Source of the DNA: the human T2T-CHM13v2.0 reference genome, Homo sapiens
Direction: 5' to 3' (one strand)
Assembly: GCF_009914755.1 (NCBI RefSeq)
Contig: NC_060932.1
Length of the DNA stretch: 64,000 bases
This document shows positions 31,540 to 45,960 of the stretch, piece by piece. The notes under the pieces are model-generated. The model was given only the letters and a program-made list of their open reading frames with translations, ran no database searches and was not told the origin of the DNA. Position numbers and translations under genes: made by a program. How positions within the stretch are numbered: the first letter of the stretch is position 1; each line of letters begins with the position of its first letter.

Positions 31540-32440
31540 TGATTTTCTTTACGTATTTCTACATCTTAAGCAGAAGCCATTCTTCATTTAATAACACACT
31601 TACTTTCTTTAAGAGATACAGAAATACTTATATTTTCTGCTAATTCTTGTGCCAATTTTGGTAAGTTAAATTTTTGAGAGAATTCTTTTATTTTATGTAA
31701 GTTGTGAAATGTTTTGGCATATACCTGTTGACAACATTTTTATATTAGTTTAATGTTTCTTGGATCTGTAGTGATAACTTCTTTTTCACTTATTCTGCAT
31801 ACTTGGGCTTACATTGTTCCCTTTTCTAAGGTTCTTAGAGCATAATTTTAAGTCATAGATTTAAACATTTCTTCTTTTCTACAATAAGTATTTGGATACA
31901 AATTTCTTTCGAAGTCATTGTTTTGTTGTGCTCCACAAAATTCGATATACAGAAATGCTTTCCAATTATTCTCATTATTTATTCTTTGATACAAACACAA
32001 TCTAGAATGATGTTGCTTTATCTCCACATATTTGAAAATATCCTAAATAGCTTATTTTATAGATTGCCAATTTAATCCCCTTGTGGTGAGAAATACACTC
32101 TGAAGTATTTAAATGTGCTTAAACACATCAATATTTGTTTTATGGCCTAGCATATGGTTCATTTTTATGAATGTATCATATGTACTTGAAAAAAATGTGT
32201 ATTTTGCAGTTGTCTTATGATGTGTTCTATAAATATCAATGCAGTCAGTGGAATGGTGGTATTGTTCAGATCATGCATGACTTTGCTAATTTTTCCCTGT
32301 GTTCTATCAGTTGCTGAGAGAGTGGTGTAAAAATTTTCTACTATGAATATAGAAGTGTCTATTTCTCCCTTTAATTAAATCAAATAATATAAAAACATGT
32401 TAATGGTTTTTATGTATTTTCAATGGATTAACCCTTTTCT
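31540..32440 (-). mobile_element. L1M ORF2 remnant, antisense
   Basis: TGTATCATATGTACTTGAAAAAAATGTGTATTTTGCAGTTG.., GTGTCTATTTCTCCCTTTAATT. Confidence 0.75.
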
Positions 32441-32481
32441 CCTTAAGCAACAGCACTCCATGCAATACAGCGAGACCCTGT

Positions 32482-32516
<35 letters not shown>

Positions 32517-32948
32517 CACACGTACTCCTGAATTTAAAATTAAAGGTTTTTGTGTGTTTGTTTTAATTATTATTTTAAGAATAGGTTTTATGTAAAATCA
32601 TGTACTAGGAAAAGCGTGGTGGCTATATATCTTATAGACATGGTAATACTTGAGATAAGACTTGAAGGAAAAATGAGAGAAGTCTAAGCAGAGACACAGA
32701 ATAGAATATTCCAGGCAGAAAGGCAGGGTTCTCTGCATTTGTCTCCCACAAATGTGGTTTAGTTAAAATCTGATCCATCAGCCCACACATCAATCAGTGG
32801 AGCATGGAAAATAGTATGTTCCCAATGAACATTACAAACCGAGGATGACTTCCAGTCCCTTCAGGGCAGTAGAACATATTTTAATCAATGCCCCTTGATA
32901 AAAGAGCTTGATTCCAGCTACTGCACTTCCTTCATCAGCTCTCCACTG

Positions 32949-33018
32949 ATGCCTGGAGCCATGAAAATATTTTTCTTTATTTTGGCTGCTCTCATTCTTC
33001 TTGCTCAAATTTTCCAAG
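32949..33018 (+). CDS. DEFB107B: Beta-defensin 107 exon 1, signal peptide
   Basis: MPGAMKIFFFILAALILLAQIFQ+G, with a second in-frame ATG at 32961 in better Kozak context. Donor AAG|GTAAGA. Confidence 0.96.
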
Positions 33019-33201
33019 GTAAGAGGGAAATTCTTCTAGAAGTAGAGATGACAGTCTGCTCAGGATCTGTCTTTTGAGATGAAAGCTCAACTTTTACAAA
33101 GTTGAAGGTTCCAAGGCAAACCAGTCACTGAAAATCTTTTCCTGAGCTCCGACACAAAACAATGGGACCACATTGACCGGGACCATCTCCATCCATAATA
33201 G

Positions 33202-33617
<416 letters not shown>

Positions 33618-35609
33618 AGCATATTCTAAAGTGATTTCTTTAAAATGAAAAAAAAAAAAAAAAGAAAGAAAAGATTATCCAAGGAAATGCCAAACATATT
33701 TGTTAAGTTAGGGAAGTACAGCCTTTGTAGTCTAAATTAAACTAAAGTTATGTTACTAGATTCTTAGACAGCTAATTTTTTTTCATGTCTGAGTCGTCGG
33801 TCCAAATCTCTTATCCATACATTATTTTAGACTTTTTGGCTTTCACACACTGGTTGGAAATTATGCCATTAAAACCACTAAACTAACATCTTGCTTACTA
33901 TTCTCTTAAGTCTTTGCGTCTTTGAGATTCTCTTTGCTTCATACAACCACGACTCTGTTCCTAAGAAATGTTTATGTCCATACCTCCTCAACTATCCTTC
34001 GTTCCTTCTGTTGTGAAGCTTTTCCTATTAGAGGTTCTCCATGCATCATGATGCCCCCTGTCTGTTCCTTCATGGCTCCTGAATTTCTACATTCCTTTAT
34101 TACACATTCTGTCCTCAGTAGTCCTAGAAAACCAATAGATATTGAATGTGTGCTAACCACTTGTAAGAAATTGTTCTGTCCACTATGATAAAGGTAGGTA
34201 AAACGAAGAGGTAAAAATATAAAGCATGGACATTGACCTTAATTTGCTTGAAGTTATTAGTCTATTCCTTCTGTGTTGTTCGAAAATAGGTTGCTTGTAG
34301 TGGTAAATAAGCTTTCAATACATTTAACATGTATAAGTAAGTATATCAATGAGACAGGAAAATTCACAAATAACTTTAATATGAAACAGTTTTCACAAGT
34401 GCCATAAAAGATGCAAATTATAAAGAGAAGTCATAGATGTGGAAACTTGGTTCTAACTAGGAAATGCAGAAAGGCTTCCTGGGAAGTAGTATTTGTTTTG
34501 CACATTTGGAAATAGGCAAGACTAGAACTAAAGAACAGAGCCAGGGAACAATGTCCCCATGAAAGTTTCAGTGACTCCATGAAAGTCTCAGTTGTAAAAT
34601 CAGTTCCCGATTTTCTGCCCTCAGCATCTTTTTGCAGATGTCAGACAATGCTCCAGAATAGATAAACTCATTTAAAATTGTCTTCTCCATCCACTTTAAT
34701 CAGTACTCCAATTTATTCAGATCAGTCTATAGATGTGGATGCCTAATAGCTCCCTGTCCACAAAACTCATCTCAGATGTATTTGAATTACAATAATAAGC
34801 ATAGTTTGGGCACAAATTAGAACCACCACCATCACCATAATCACATAGAATCTCAGAGTTAGAAGTGAATTTAATGATCAATATAAAAGGTAATAAACAT
34901 AGGTTATTAGGCCAAACTTATATGAGTTTGGATCTCAGTGCTAATCTTTATAAGCTGTATGCACCCTGTGTTTTACTTTCCATTCTATAAATGATAATAA
35001 TAATAGCATTGTTTTGAAGATGAATAAACTTGTTATATTAATTAGAAACTAACTTGTTATAATAAAGAATCTTAATGATAGAATGACTGAAGAAAGACAA
35101 AACCTTATTTCTCTTTCATGTAAAAGTCCAAAAATAGCTAAGTTGACTAGGTGCGGGTAGAGGGTTCTTTTTCACCAAGTTATGTTGTGATTTGGGCTGA
35201 AGGTCAACCCTGCCATCCTAAACAGTTGACCATTTTATTTGGTTCCAAGGATATTCTAACAGGCAGGGTTAGAAAGTATAGAACCTGATTAAGATTACAT
35301 AGAAGCAGCTCACATCATTCCACTCCTTTTTCATTTTTCCAAATTTGTTCATGTGGACATATAGAAATAGGAAGCTAGGAGCTGATGTGAATAGCTAAGT
35401 ATTCATGTGTCCAGCTAAACCCAGAGGTTCTATGACTAAAAGTCTGAAGGTAAAACTGACTGCTTTGGGACAGTTTAACAATCTCTCTGTATAACTGCTT
35501 GAGCAGTGGCAGGCACATACTCTATGCTATGTTAGAGTTTACCATTGTTGGTCATTTGTTCTTCTACTTATTTTTTTGTTCTCTGCCCTGATTCAGTATT
35601 GAACACCCT

Positions 35610-35616
35610 ATACATG

Positions 35617-35649
<33 letters not shown>

Positions 35650-35670
35650 ATGTGTGTGCGTGTGTGTGTC
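35610..35670. repeat. (TA)n(TG)n microsatellite
   Basis: Visible dinucleotide tract. Confidence 0.9.
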
Positions 35671-36633
35671 TCAACTGATTGTCCAGTTGCCTGATAAATT
35701 TAAGTGATCTGTAGTTCACAGTATCCCAAGTTCAACTTTGGACTATTCAAAAATTTCTCCTTAATTTGAGCAGAAATCTAAGTCCCTGCAATTTCTTTCC
35801 ATTAGTCTTTGCCTTAACTTGGCACTAACAAAATATATTCCACATGATAATATTTCAGATATATGGCAGCTAATATGTACTGTTTCTCCCCCAAAGTTGT
35901 TATTTCCAGGAATAAACATTACTCCTTTTGAGAAGAACTGCTACTTCTTCCACTATTGTTTCCTAAGAATGTATCTTACCAATTAAAAAAGATTCCTGTT
36001 TTGACATATTTTTTCCTCTTCAACCTAATCTCTGTTATGAATGAACACACATTGCCTGTGTCTCTCTAAATTTGCTTGCCAGAGCTAAATACACGATTCC
36101 ATTGGTGTTCTTTGCACAGTAAATTGAGAAGGACTAGCATCATGTTGTTTATCTTTCTACCTAAAACTGTGAGACTCCGAAATCATATGCCAGGGCATAT
36201 GATCTACTATTGGCCTGCCTATAATGTAACAGAACAATCTTTAACTTTTGCTATAAATCAGAGACTATTTGGATACAGGGGAAAAAAAATCTGTTGGTAA
36301 GGATCGTTCATTGGAATTAGAAAGTATTTTGTCATCTTCCTTGGAAGAAACATTCTGTTTCTGTACAAGCTAGATATGATTTTGACATATGAAAATCTTT
36401 TCTGTTTTTTTCCAATTGGCTATTTAATAAGGACATTGATTATATTGTACCAGGGGTCTGAGCTCAGACATGACTGTTCAGATAACATCTGATTTTTCTA
36501 ATTTCTAGGTTTATAGTCTGTGTCTCTAGGAGTTATGGTAATGAGGAAGTCTGAATTTGGCCTGGGCGATGTAATTTTATCTTACAGTTACTAATTACTA
36601 GATAACTGAAGACAAATTGCTTTCTTTACTTAG

Positions 36634-36776
36634 CCAGGACAGCAATTCATAGAGCACTAATTAGTAAGAGAATGGAAGGTCACTGTGAAGCCGAATGTCT
36701 TACCTTTGAAGTAAAGATTGGGGGCTGTAGAGCTGAATTAGCACCATTTTGCTGCAAAAACAGAAAGAAACATTAA
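36634..36776 (+). CDS. DEFB107B: Beta-defensin 107 exon 2, mature peptide (5 Cys)
   Basis: CTTAG|CCAGG. Encodes (A)RTAIHRALISKRMEGHCEAECLTFEVKIGGCRAELAPFCCKNRKKH*. 70+143 nt = 70 aa + stop. Confidence 0.97.
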
Positions 36777-38390
36777 AAACTAAGCACCAGCTGCAAGAAA
36801 CAAAGAGGTGAAGATTCTCTGGCTGCGATATCAGTGGGATAAATCTCTCTGGACCATCTCTCTTTGATCTGCAAAGGTTGGATTATCTGAAGCCATGTCT
36901 GTCCAGTTCCCAGTGCTACAAGGAGATACCCTTCCTAGGCTGTGAACTTCTTCCAGGCAGACACTATATCTTGTTGACCTTTGCACTCTCAGTTCCTGAC
37001 ACAGGGCCTATTAATGATTTCTTTTACTTTATATAAAAGTGAGCCATTGAATACACAGATAAAACAGATGGAATGGAATGGTTGGACTGGCACTCAGGTG
37101 AATTGAGTTCTAAAGTCATAGCTCTGGCTTTAAACAGATGTAGGACATTGGGCCCTCTGTGCCAGGATTCTGGTATCTATAATGTGAGCAGATTGAACCT
37201 CTCAGTAAACGGTATACCTGCTAGATGCTCATTGTGGCTGCTTCAGCAGTATCACTGTCATGTACTCCTTTCTCTCTTTTATAGGTAGGAACTGTTTAGA
37301 TTCTTGTTCATTTACCTGTTCGATCTAAAACATCAAGTTTTAGAATGAAATGCACCCATATCAAAATTCAAGTTGGCTGTAGCTTGAGCAACATCTTCAT
37401 TCTGGCCATTTGCAGTGAGAATTGATCAAATCATGGGTTTCTGAAGCAGTAAGTTCCCCAAAGGTCATCGAATTCAGTGCCCTTATTACAAAGGAGGAGA
37501 GTGAGACTGAAGAAGATTATACAGTTACTGACTTAGTCACATTTATATTCCAACTTCGGGCTTTCTGGACTTGTCTGCTTAGCATGTCCACAAAATAGCA
37601 GGCTGGAAGATAATAGAACAACAAAAGGCAGTCCTAAAGATGGAACGTTTCTCAGCGGGTTCAGGTGAACAGTTAAATGGAGGAAGAAATTGAAACAAAC
37701 TGAAAAAAAAAAAAACCATAGAAAGAAAAAAAGACACTTTCTAAGAATCTCTTTTGTAATCCTGCAAACCCTGCCCTTTCAGAGCATAACAATGGCAAAC
37801 TGAGGCTTACCTTTTCCCTAATTTGCCAAAATTTGGAGTCCCAGCTTTCCAGCAGAAGAAAGCATATATCACAGACCATTTCATCGTAGAAGATTTATAG
37901 TACACCATCCCAGAACAGAAGAAGTAAAATCCCTCTGCGCTGCTCTAGAAAATGTCCTTCTCTATTCAGTTAAGCTGGCTTCCTGTAGAGATGTAAATAA
38001 AAGAGGAAAAAAAATCTGGAACAAGACAACGTGTAAAATGTTTTAAAATAAAAAATAAAATGTGTTTTGAAAGATCTTCTGGTATTGCCACTTGTCTTCA
38101 TGGTGCTAATTTTCTTATTCTGAAAACTATGCTGGAGGAAAATATGTAAAGTTATCTGTTTCAATCAGAGGATTTTTCTGTTCTGCATTTTCCCTAGAAA
38201 TTCCTTAAACATTGTCTCAGATAAAACTAACTGCCTTTGAGAATCTAAGTGTGTTTAGACTTTCTCGTTTCTTCATTTTTTATTTTTCCTCTTCTTTCTC
38301 TGTCAGTCAAATGACTTGAAATATAGCATACATTTCCTGTCTCCAGTGTTTTTATACCCTATTTCCTTCTCAACCTATAGAAATCTCTTA

Positions 38391-39042
<652 letters not shown>

Positions 39043-42039
39043 ATTATTTTAGCTCTCATCATACTATTGGAATTTCTCTTTATAAAGGTACCAGGTACCT
39101 CCTTAGTCAGTTAATAGTAGTTTTTCTCTTAATAAATTACCAGGGCCAACTCCAGTGACCTATGGCCAGTATTCATCCTTCAGGCCCTTTCTGAAACATT
39201 TTACAAGGTGATCTATCTCCTGCACCTTAATTTCTCTCTCTTCTGGCCGTGAGAATGTTTGTCTGCTGGACATTTCTCTTTGTCTTCTCCACACATTCTC
39301 AGTCTTCTTTGCTGACTGTTCCTCATATTCTCTTGGCTAGGATTGCTTTCACCTATGTTTCATTCTCTTCTTATTATACGTGTTATCTCCAAACAATCTC
39401 CTCCATTCTCATGGTTCCCACTCTTTATGGACTAATGACATGGTGTTACTTCTTTACTTTTATGATTTCTTTACTCTGCTCTGTGGTGCTGTGCTGGGAC
39501 TCTGAAAACAGCATTTGTTATACTGCTTGGCCAGTTAGCTTCTTGTTAGCACCTTTAATGAAAGGTATTAGCAGGAGAGTGGAAAACAAGACCAAGAGTG
39601 AAGGCATCTGTTCTATGCCGTTTTTGTCAGCCCCATTCCAATAGCAGCAGATGGTTGGCTCCAGGCTTCAGGCTTTATATTCTTTCCACTTTCTCAGCAG
39701 CCCCACAAATATGCCAGAAAAGGACCAGCAGCATCCTAGCTCTACCTCCTTGGTTCTAAGAGGACCGGCTGAGCTACAATCTGCTTTTCTATGCACCTTG
39801 TCTATCCAAGCACCTGTTGGACCATGTCTCCTCCTCAGAAGTCTGAACACTGGCTATCAAGTGCCTCTGCCTCATTTGCCTGCACATCAGTCATTGAGCA
39901 TTGCTCCCTTCAAATTTTAAGCGTGACTGATGTGGTGTAACCCACTAGGAGACATGGGCACCTGGTACTGTGTCTCCTCCTCATAGGTTCAAGCTCTAGC
40001 TGCGTACAAGTAAGATAATTTTGGGCGCTAGCCCCTGAGAGTAACTTTACTCCTTTGTTCCTATATGTTAAAAGGCGATATCCCTTTTGTATGGTTATCT
40101 CTGTGCCTTTTCAACCTTCCATTACTTGTGTATCCAATTTAAGTTTACTGAGCTACTCTAAGTGGATTTCTGATAGACACTTCAAAGGTAATGTCTTTAT
40201 TGCAATTTATTGGTTTGCTTCCAAATCTGGCCTTCATTTAATATTCTAAATCTTAGAAAATATTACTATCGTTTACTTGACATTCAGGGTAAAAGTAGAG
40301 GTTTACTCAGGAATGCTTACTTTTCTGAATAAGTCACACAATTTACTCATGACATTAATCTGCATAAATTGCTTATTAATCCCTGTAAATCTTAATGCAA
40401 TTATCTCCTTCCCTCTTTCTCCTCACTGATGTTGTTCTAGATCAGTGTCTTATTATCTTCAGCCTCTGCTCTTACTCTGTCAAACTTGGTGTTAACAAAT
40501 TCACCCTCACTGCCAATTATCTAAAATTTACTTATAATTTGTGGATTGAACTTTGCATGAAGTAAAGGAATAGTTCTACTTTTTCATGATGTATGAGCAC
40601 ACACACGAGCATACACACACCCATGTGAATTGAAAAACCATAAAAATTAGTCTAAGATTTATATTCAGATGTCTACGAATCCTTAGAACACTCAAATATT
40701 AGAACTAGAAGTAGCCTTAGAGATCACTTAAGTCCCTGCTTCCAGAACTATATTGGTTAATTATAGTCAGTGTAACTAGCCTAGAATACTTATAATTAGA
40801 GCTCTATGCCCCACTCTAACACTTTCAAATGGGGATCTCTTCAGAATCTAAATTTGTAAAATGACTTTTCCAATTAAGTCTCCTGCACAGTGACATTTGA
40901 GACCTGTTGATCACTGAACACAGAAGCATCTGAGATCCATTGATCTCTGTCACACACCTCCAGTTAGTTGCAGAAATAGATTCAGGCTCAAATCCAGGAT
41001 TGCTGCCTTCATGTCCAGTGGCATATCACTGTGTTGCACTTTTCCATTTGTAAAGGAGGTATGGAGAGGGCATGACCAAGTGGTTCACCTTGCTCAACCC
41101 CAGGAACAGAAGCTCAAACTTTATTGGGTAGACAGACACATGTACAGCAAATGAACATTCCATGTGTTAAGTTCTACATCCTGATCCGAGACCTGTGGGA
41201 GTTTAGAACATGTGCATTTAGACTAATTACGACTGGAGTCATTGGGGTCCAGAGAGGTTTCACAGACAAAATGTCCTGTGACCATTTAAACCAACTGGTT
41301 TATCAACTTAGCGTAAATCACTTTAACTGAAACTGAAGGAGTATTGCTGCTAAACTTCCTTTGTTGCCAATATATTTGTAGTTTATGTTCCCATTTGACA
41401 ATTATTTCCATTCAAAACTGCTCACTTTCATTCTTCTGGGGAACTGAACCGAAAATGTTAAGGACTCTCTGTTCTCTTATGAAAGCCATTCTGCTCATAT
41501 GGTGCACTTCTGTCCCTGATTGTCTATATCGAGGTATAGAAAGGTCCTTTTCATCCAAACAAAGACATTCCACTGGCCCAGGTGAGCTGCTGACCAAAAT
41601 GAAGCCACCTATCTTCTGTCTCTATGGACACCTTCACCTGTGAGGACTATTATCATTCTCATTTGCCACTTAATTTTTTTCCCATTTCACTTTTTTTTTT
41701 TTTTTTTCGAAACAAGTCTCACTAGGTGGCAAAACAATCTGTGGAAGCCTTGACAAGTTTAATGAAACTGAGACCTTGAGGGAATCCCCTGGGCAAAATC
41801 TCCACTATCTATATGTGGAGAAGGGGCTGTATGAGAAACCAGGAAAACTGATGACAGAGAGAACTGTAGTCTTCTAACCCGTGCACAAGCCCTTCCGGCT
41901 GTGTGAACAGCAGAGCGGGCCAGGTAAAGGCTGACTTAGATGAACTGCAGTAAGAGGTGCTCCAGGTGTCTGGATCCACCTCTCCTTCATCACTGAAACT
42001 CAACAGGATCTGAGTAGTAGAAAATGGGGCACTTTCCTG

Positions 42040-42230
42040 ATTTTTTTTTTTTTTTTTTTTTTTGAGACAGGGTCTCATTCTGTTTCCCAGTCTGGAGTGC
42101 AGTGGCACCATCATAGCTGGGATTACAGGCACATGCCACCATGTCTGGCTAAATTTTTTTATTTTAGTAGAGATGAGGTGTTACTATACTGCTCAGGCTG
42201 ATCTCAGACACCTGAGTTCAAGCAAGCCTC
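42040..42230 (-). mobile_element. Internally deleted Alu fragment
   Basis: T-tract, then GAGACAGGGTCTC..CACCATCATAGCT joined directly to GGGATTACAGG. Confidence 0.8.
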
Positions 42231-42418
42231 TTTAGTGATTTTAAGAAACTTACAAGAGAGAGCTATGACAAAGCTCTGTGGACCCAAGGCAAACAGTGTA
42301 ACAGGCTGACTTATAAGGATCACCATCAATCTTAGCAACCTAATCCATTGTCCTTCAATACTGCTGCTCTTCTGGGCTTGACTCTGTTCCTATGACTTTA
42401 TTCCAATCCTTGGCTGTA

Positions 42419-42454
<36 letters not shown>

Positions 42455-42935
42455 GTCAACCGCTGGTCTTTTCAAATAGAACTTACAGAGATCAAAACTC
42501 TCACTCTGAAACTGAGTGTACTCCTTCACATTCAAGGTAGGAACAAGAACTACAGGTATAAAGTCTTCTGCATGGACAGGCTTTGGAGCAGCTCTGAATC
42601 AGACTCCCTACCTTTGTCCAAGGAAATGCATGTGCATTAGGATCAGATCCCCTCTGAGGAGGTAGGGCTGGTTATGCCCAGGAAGTGATGTGGACACATG
42701 TTGCCTTATATACACTGCATTGCATTTTAGATGGACCATCTTCTCATCAGGACTTCTTAGTGACCCAATCAAACAGCCTTCCTACAACCATTGTGCTTTG
42801 GTAGAGTTGTAGTTTCTTCTGGAAAAGCTAAGGAAATTTTCTAAGGTAGGACAGGAAAATCTTGTTTTAGATAGTAATCATAAATCATAATTTTAAAAAT
42901 TATGCTTCAATGTATTGTCATTTTTTTCACTTCTC

Positions 42936-42937
<2 letters not shown>

Positions 42938-42970
<33 letters not shown>

Positions 42971-43254
42971 CTTGAGACGGAGTCTTGCTCTGTCACCCAG
43001 GCTGGAGTGCAGTGGCACAATCTTGGCTCATGCAAGCTCCGCCTTCTGGCTCACGCCATTCTCCTGCCTCAGCCTCCTGAGTAGCTGGGACTACAGGCAC
43101 CCGCCACTACGCCCGGCTAATTTTTTTGTACTTTTAGTACAGACGGGGTTTCACCGCGTTAGCCAGGATGATCTCGATCTCCTGACCTCGTGATCCACCC
43201 GCCTCGGCCTCCCAAAGTGCTGGGATTACAGGACTGAGCCAACGCGCCCAGCCC
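42938..43254 (-). mobile_element. AluY
   Basis: AluY diagnostics and a long T-tract. Confidence 0.95.
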
Positions 43255-44869
43255 ACTCCTCATCTTTTATCAGATCCATTTTCTAGGCATGGAATCAGAG
43301 ACTCAGAGACACAGTGAGCAGACCTTAATTTACCCAGACATTCATTTAGTGGGTTAGTTTCTCGTAAGGGGCTTCCAAATGTAGACAATGTGTGTCCCGT
43401 GCAGACTCAAGAGGAATCAATTCAGTCTATTTGAAGACTCCCCAAACTCATATTTTGTAGAAACCAAAAAACAAAATATTTGGTAGAGAAGGTCGAAGTG
43501 TCTGAACGGTACATACAGGCAGAGCTACATTACTTGGCTCCTATGTGAAGAGAGAGGGAGCTGCAGAAAAACTAAATGGGAAGGCTCAGATGTATGAATT
43601 TCTTCAACTGAAATTGCATACAATCCTGGCTCCTTAATCTGTGTCCACTTCCCAGCAGTTATGGGAGGTATGAGCTCAGCTCAGGGGAAACAAACTTAAC
43701 AAACTTAGCTCTGGAAATCTGGAGAAGCAGTGAGCAGGGCTGATCCCCCAAGTACCCTGATGAATCCCAGTGTTCTTTCTGTTCAATTACCTAAGGGAAG
43801 CTATTCAAGTTTTAAGTCCGTTTTGAATCAAAATATTGATTTTTTTTAAAAAAAAACTTAAAATTTAAAGAAACTGGTATTAGTTATGGGAAAACCAGAA
43901 GGGTACCCTCATTTGGAAATAATCTTTGAGAAATCTTTGCAGTGTGAACAGTTGGGATTTGGTCTTTCCAAAATCCAGCTAGCATGCACTTAAGAAAAAG
44001 GAAAATCAGGAAATGTAGAAAATGAAATGCTAACTTACATATTTCACTTTAACATTTATTAAGGATATTAATGGGCCTATTGAAAATTGAAAATGCAGTT
44101 TTGCTATTTTAAAAAATGTTCTTGTGTGAGAGTAGACATCCCTTGGTAAATGTCCATGGAAATATTGAACATTTAATTTTTCATTAGTTCTAAACAAAAT
44201 CATGTATTTCCTAAAAGGTACGCATTTTACATGCCTCAATACCCATAGTTGACACAAAATACTCTGAAACAGAAAACAAAACATTAAACTATCCCATATT
44301 TTAAATTAAAAATATTTTTTCAAACAGCGCTGAGAACACTGAAATATGTGAAATTACAATATATTCTAAAACGATTACCTAAGAAAATTAGGGGATGTCA
44401 TCCACGTTTGTCTCAAAGGAATTCAGATTTATGATTCATCTTAAGAAATGTGAAAAGAACACATTAAATATAAAGATGGATAAAGGAATTTATTAATATA
44501 CACAGTAACTTTTGTTCTTTTAAAGCAATGATTCGGGCCTCCTGGGCCCAGCTCAGGTCCTGGCTCAAAAAGTCCCTGGAACAGAGCCCTTGCTTTTGTC
44601 CCTGCCTCCCGGGTGATTGAGGAGTAGAAAAGGAACCTACATTCCTCATCCTTGGTGTGAATTTCCACGCTCCCCACCGGCCAACTGTGGCAATTCACAT
44701 TGTAGTTCTGACAATAAATGGCCCGTTCTGACTGGGCTGGTGGGGGTCCTGGTCCAGCCACCTCCAGCCAGGGGTCCCTGGGTCGTGAAGGCGCCACGAC
44801 CTGCTCCACTCAAGATGTGCAGCTCCACCCACTCACGCTAGAGAGGAAGAAGAACTTCTGCCATAAACT

Positions 44870-45165
44870 TTTGTTGTTATTGTTTTGTTTGGTTTGGTTT
44901 GAGACGGGGTCTCGTTCTGTTGCTCCGCCTGGAGTGCAGTGGCCCCATCACGGCTCACTGCAGCCTCGACCTCCTGGGCTCGAGTGATTCTCATGCTTCA
45001 GCCTCTGGAGGAGCTGGGGCCACAGGCACCCACCACCACACCTGGCTAAGTTTTTGTATTTTTGTAGAAACAAGGTCTCGCTCTGTTGCCCAGGCTCGTC
45101 TCAAACTCCGCCCACCTCAGCCTCCCAAAGTGCTGGGATTCCAGGTGCGAGCCACCGCACCCAGC
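44870..45165 (-). mobile_element. AluJ-type element
   Basis: Reverse Alu with CACTGCAGCCTCGACCTCCTGGGCTC. Confidence 0.9.
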
Positions 45166-45249
45166 CTCCTAAACTGTTTTTAATTTGTGCAGAATGAACC
45201 GGGTCATCAACCACTGTAAGTGGTCTGACTACCCTGACCATAAAGTGTC

Positions 45250-45960
45250 GGAAACACTCAACTTGCAACTGGTGGAAGCAGCCTAGCCCCACTGCACGTA
45301 AAACACTCGCGTTGTGGCAAACGCGGAGACCAAGGCTGCACTGGCCGGAAGTGGGGACAGATCCCGATACGCCCTGGGGACAGAGCAGGGATGCTGAGGC
45401 CTGGTCCACACTGGCTCTGCCCTCTTTCTGGCCCACTACCCCATCCTGAGACCGCAGGTTCCGGCGGACCCGGATGCAGGTTTTCCGGATGAAAGGCCCC
45501 TTTCCTGGAGTGGACTTTGATATTTTCTGTTCACAACTCCGTGTCACCATCCTCCACACCTAGGATCTGGCGTCTGGTGTCACTGCCGACGTCACAATCC
45601 CCGCACCTACGTGTCTCAGCCGCAGTAGCCCTACGTCGCTGTCAGACACTGGGAGGTTGGTGCCCCGCCATGCTTTTGTGTCTTTTGTCTTTTCACCCTC
45701 TCCCCTCCCCACCCAGTGCCCCGTCTAAGTCCCCACTCGGAAGTGGATTCTCACCCCTCGCGGCCCTTTGTGGGCAAAGCCAGGAGGAGGAAGGCCACAA
45801 CCTCCCGCTGGCTTTGGGATTTCTTAGACATCAGTAGTCTTCTAAGGCCCTCCACCCTGCCCGCACCCCTCCTTCATCCTCGCGTCTCTTGGGACACTGC
45901 CCTGCTGCCCTCAGGCCTTTCCTTAGTCACAGACTCGGGGAGGCCCCTGAACCCCCTCGG
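45250..45960. promoter_or_regulatory. CpG-rich promoter-like patch
   Basis: Dense CpGs, ETS motifs CCGGAAGT and CCGGATG, CRE-like GACGTCAC. Confidence 0.45.

Noticed and set aside
34557-34592. Short direct repeat CCATGAAAGT(T/C)TCAGT in the DEFB107 intron, as a possible insertion scar
   Set aside because: A simple ~20-bp slippage duplication, too long for a HERV-K target-site duplication.
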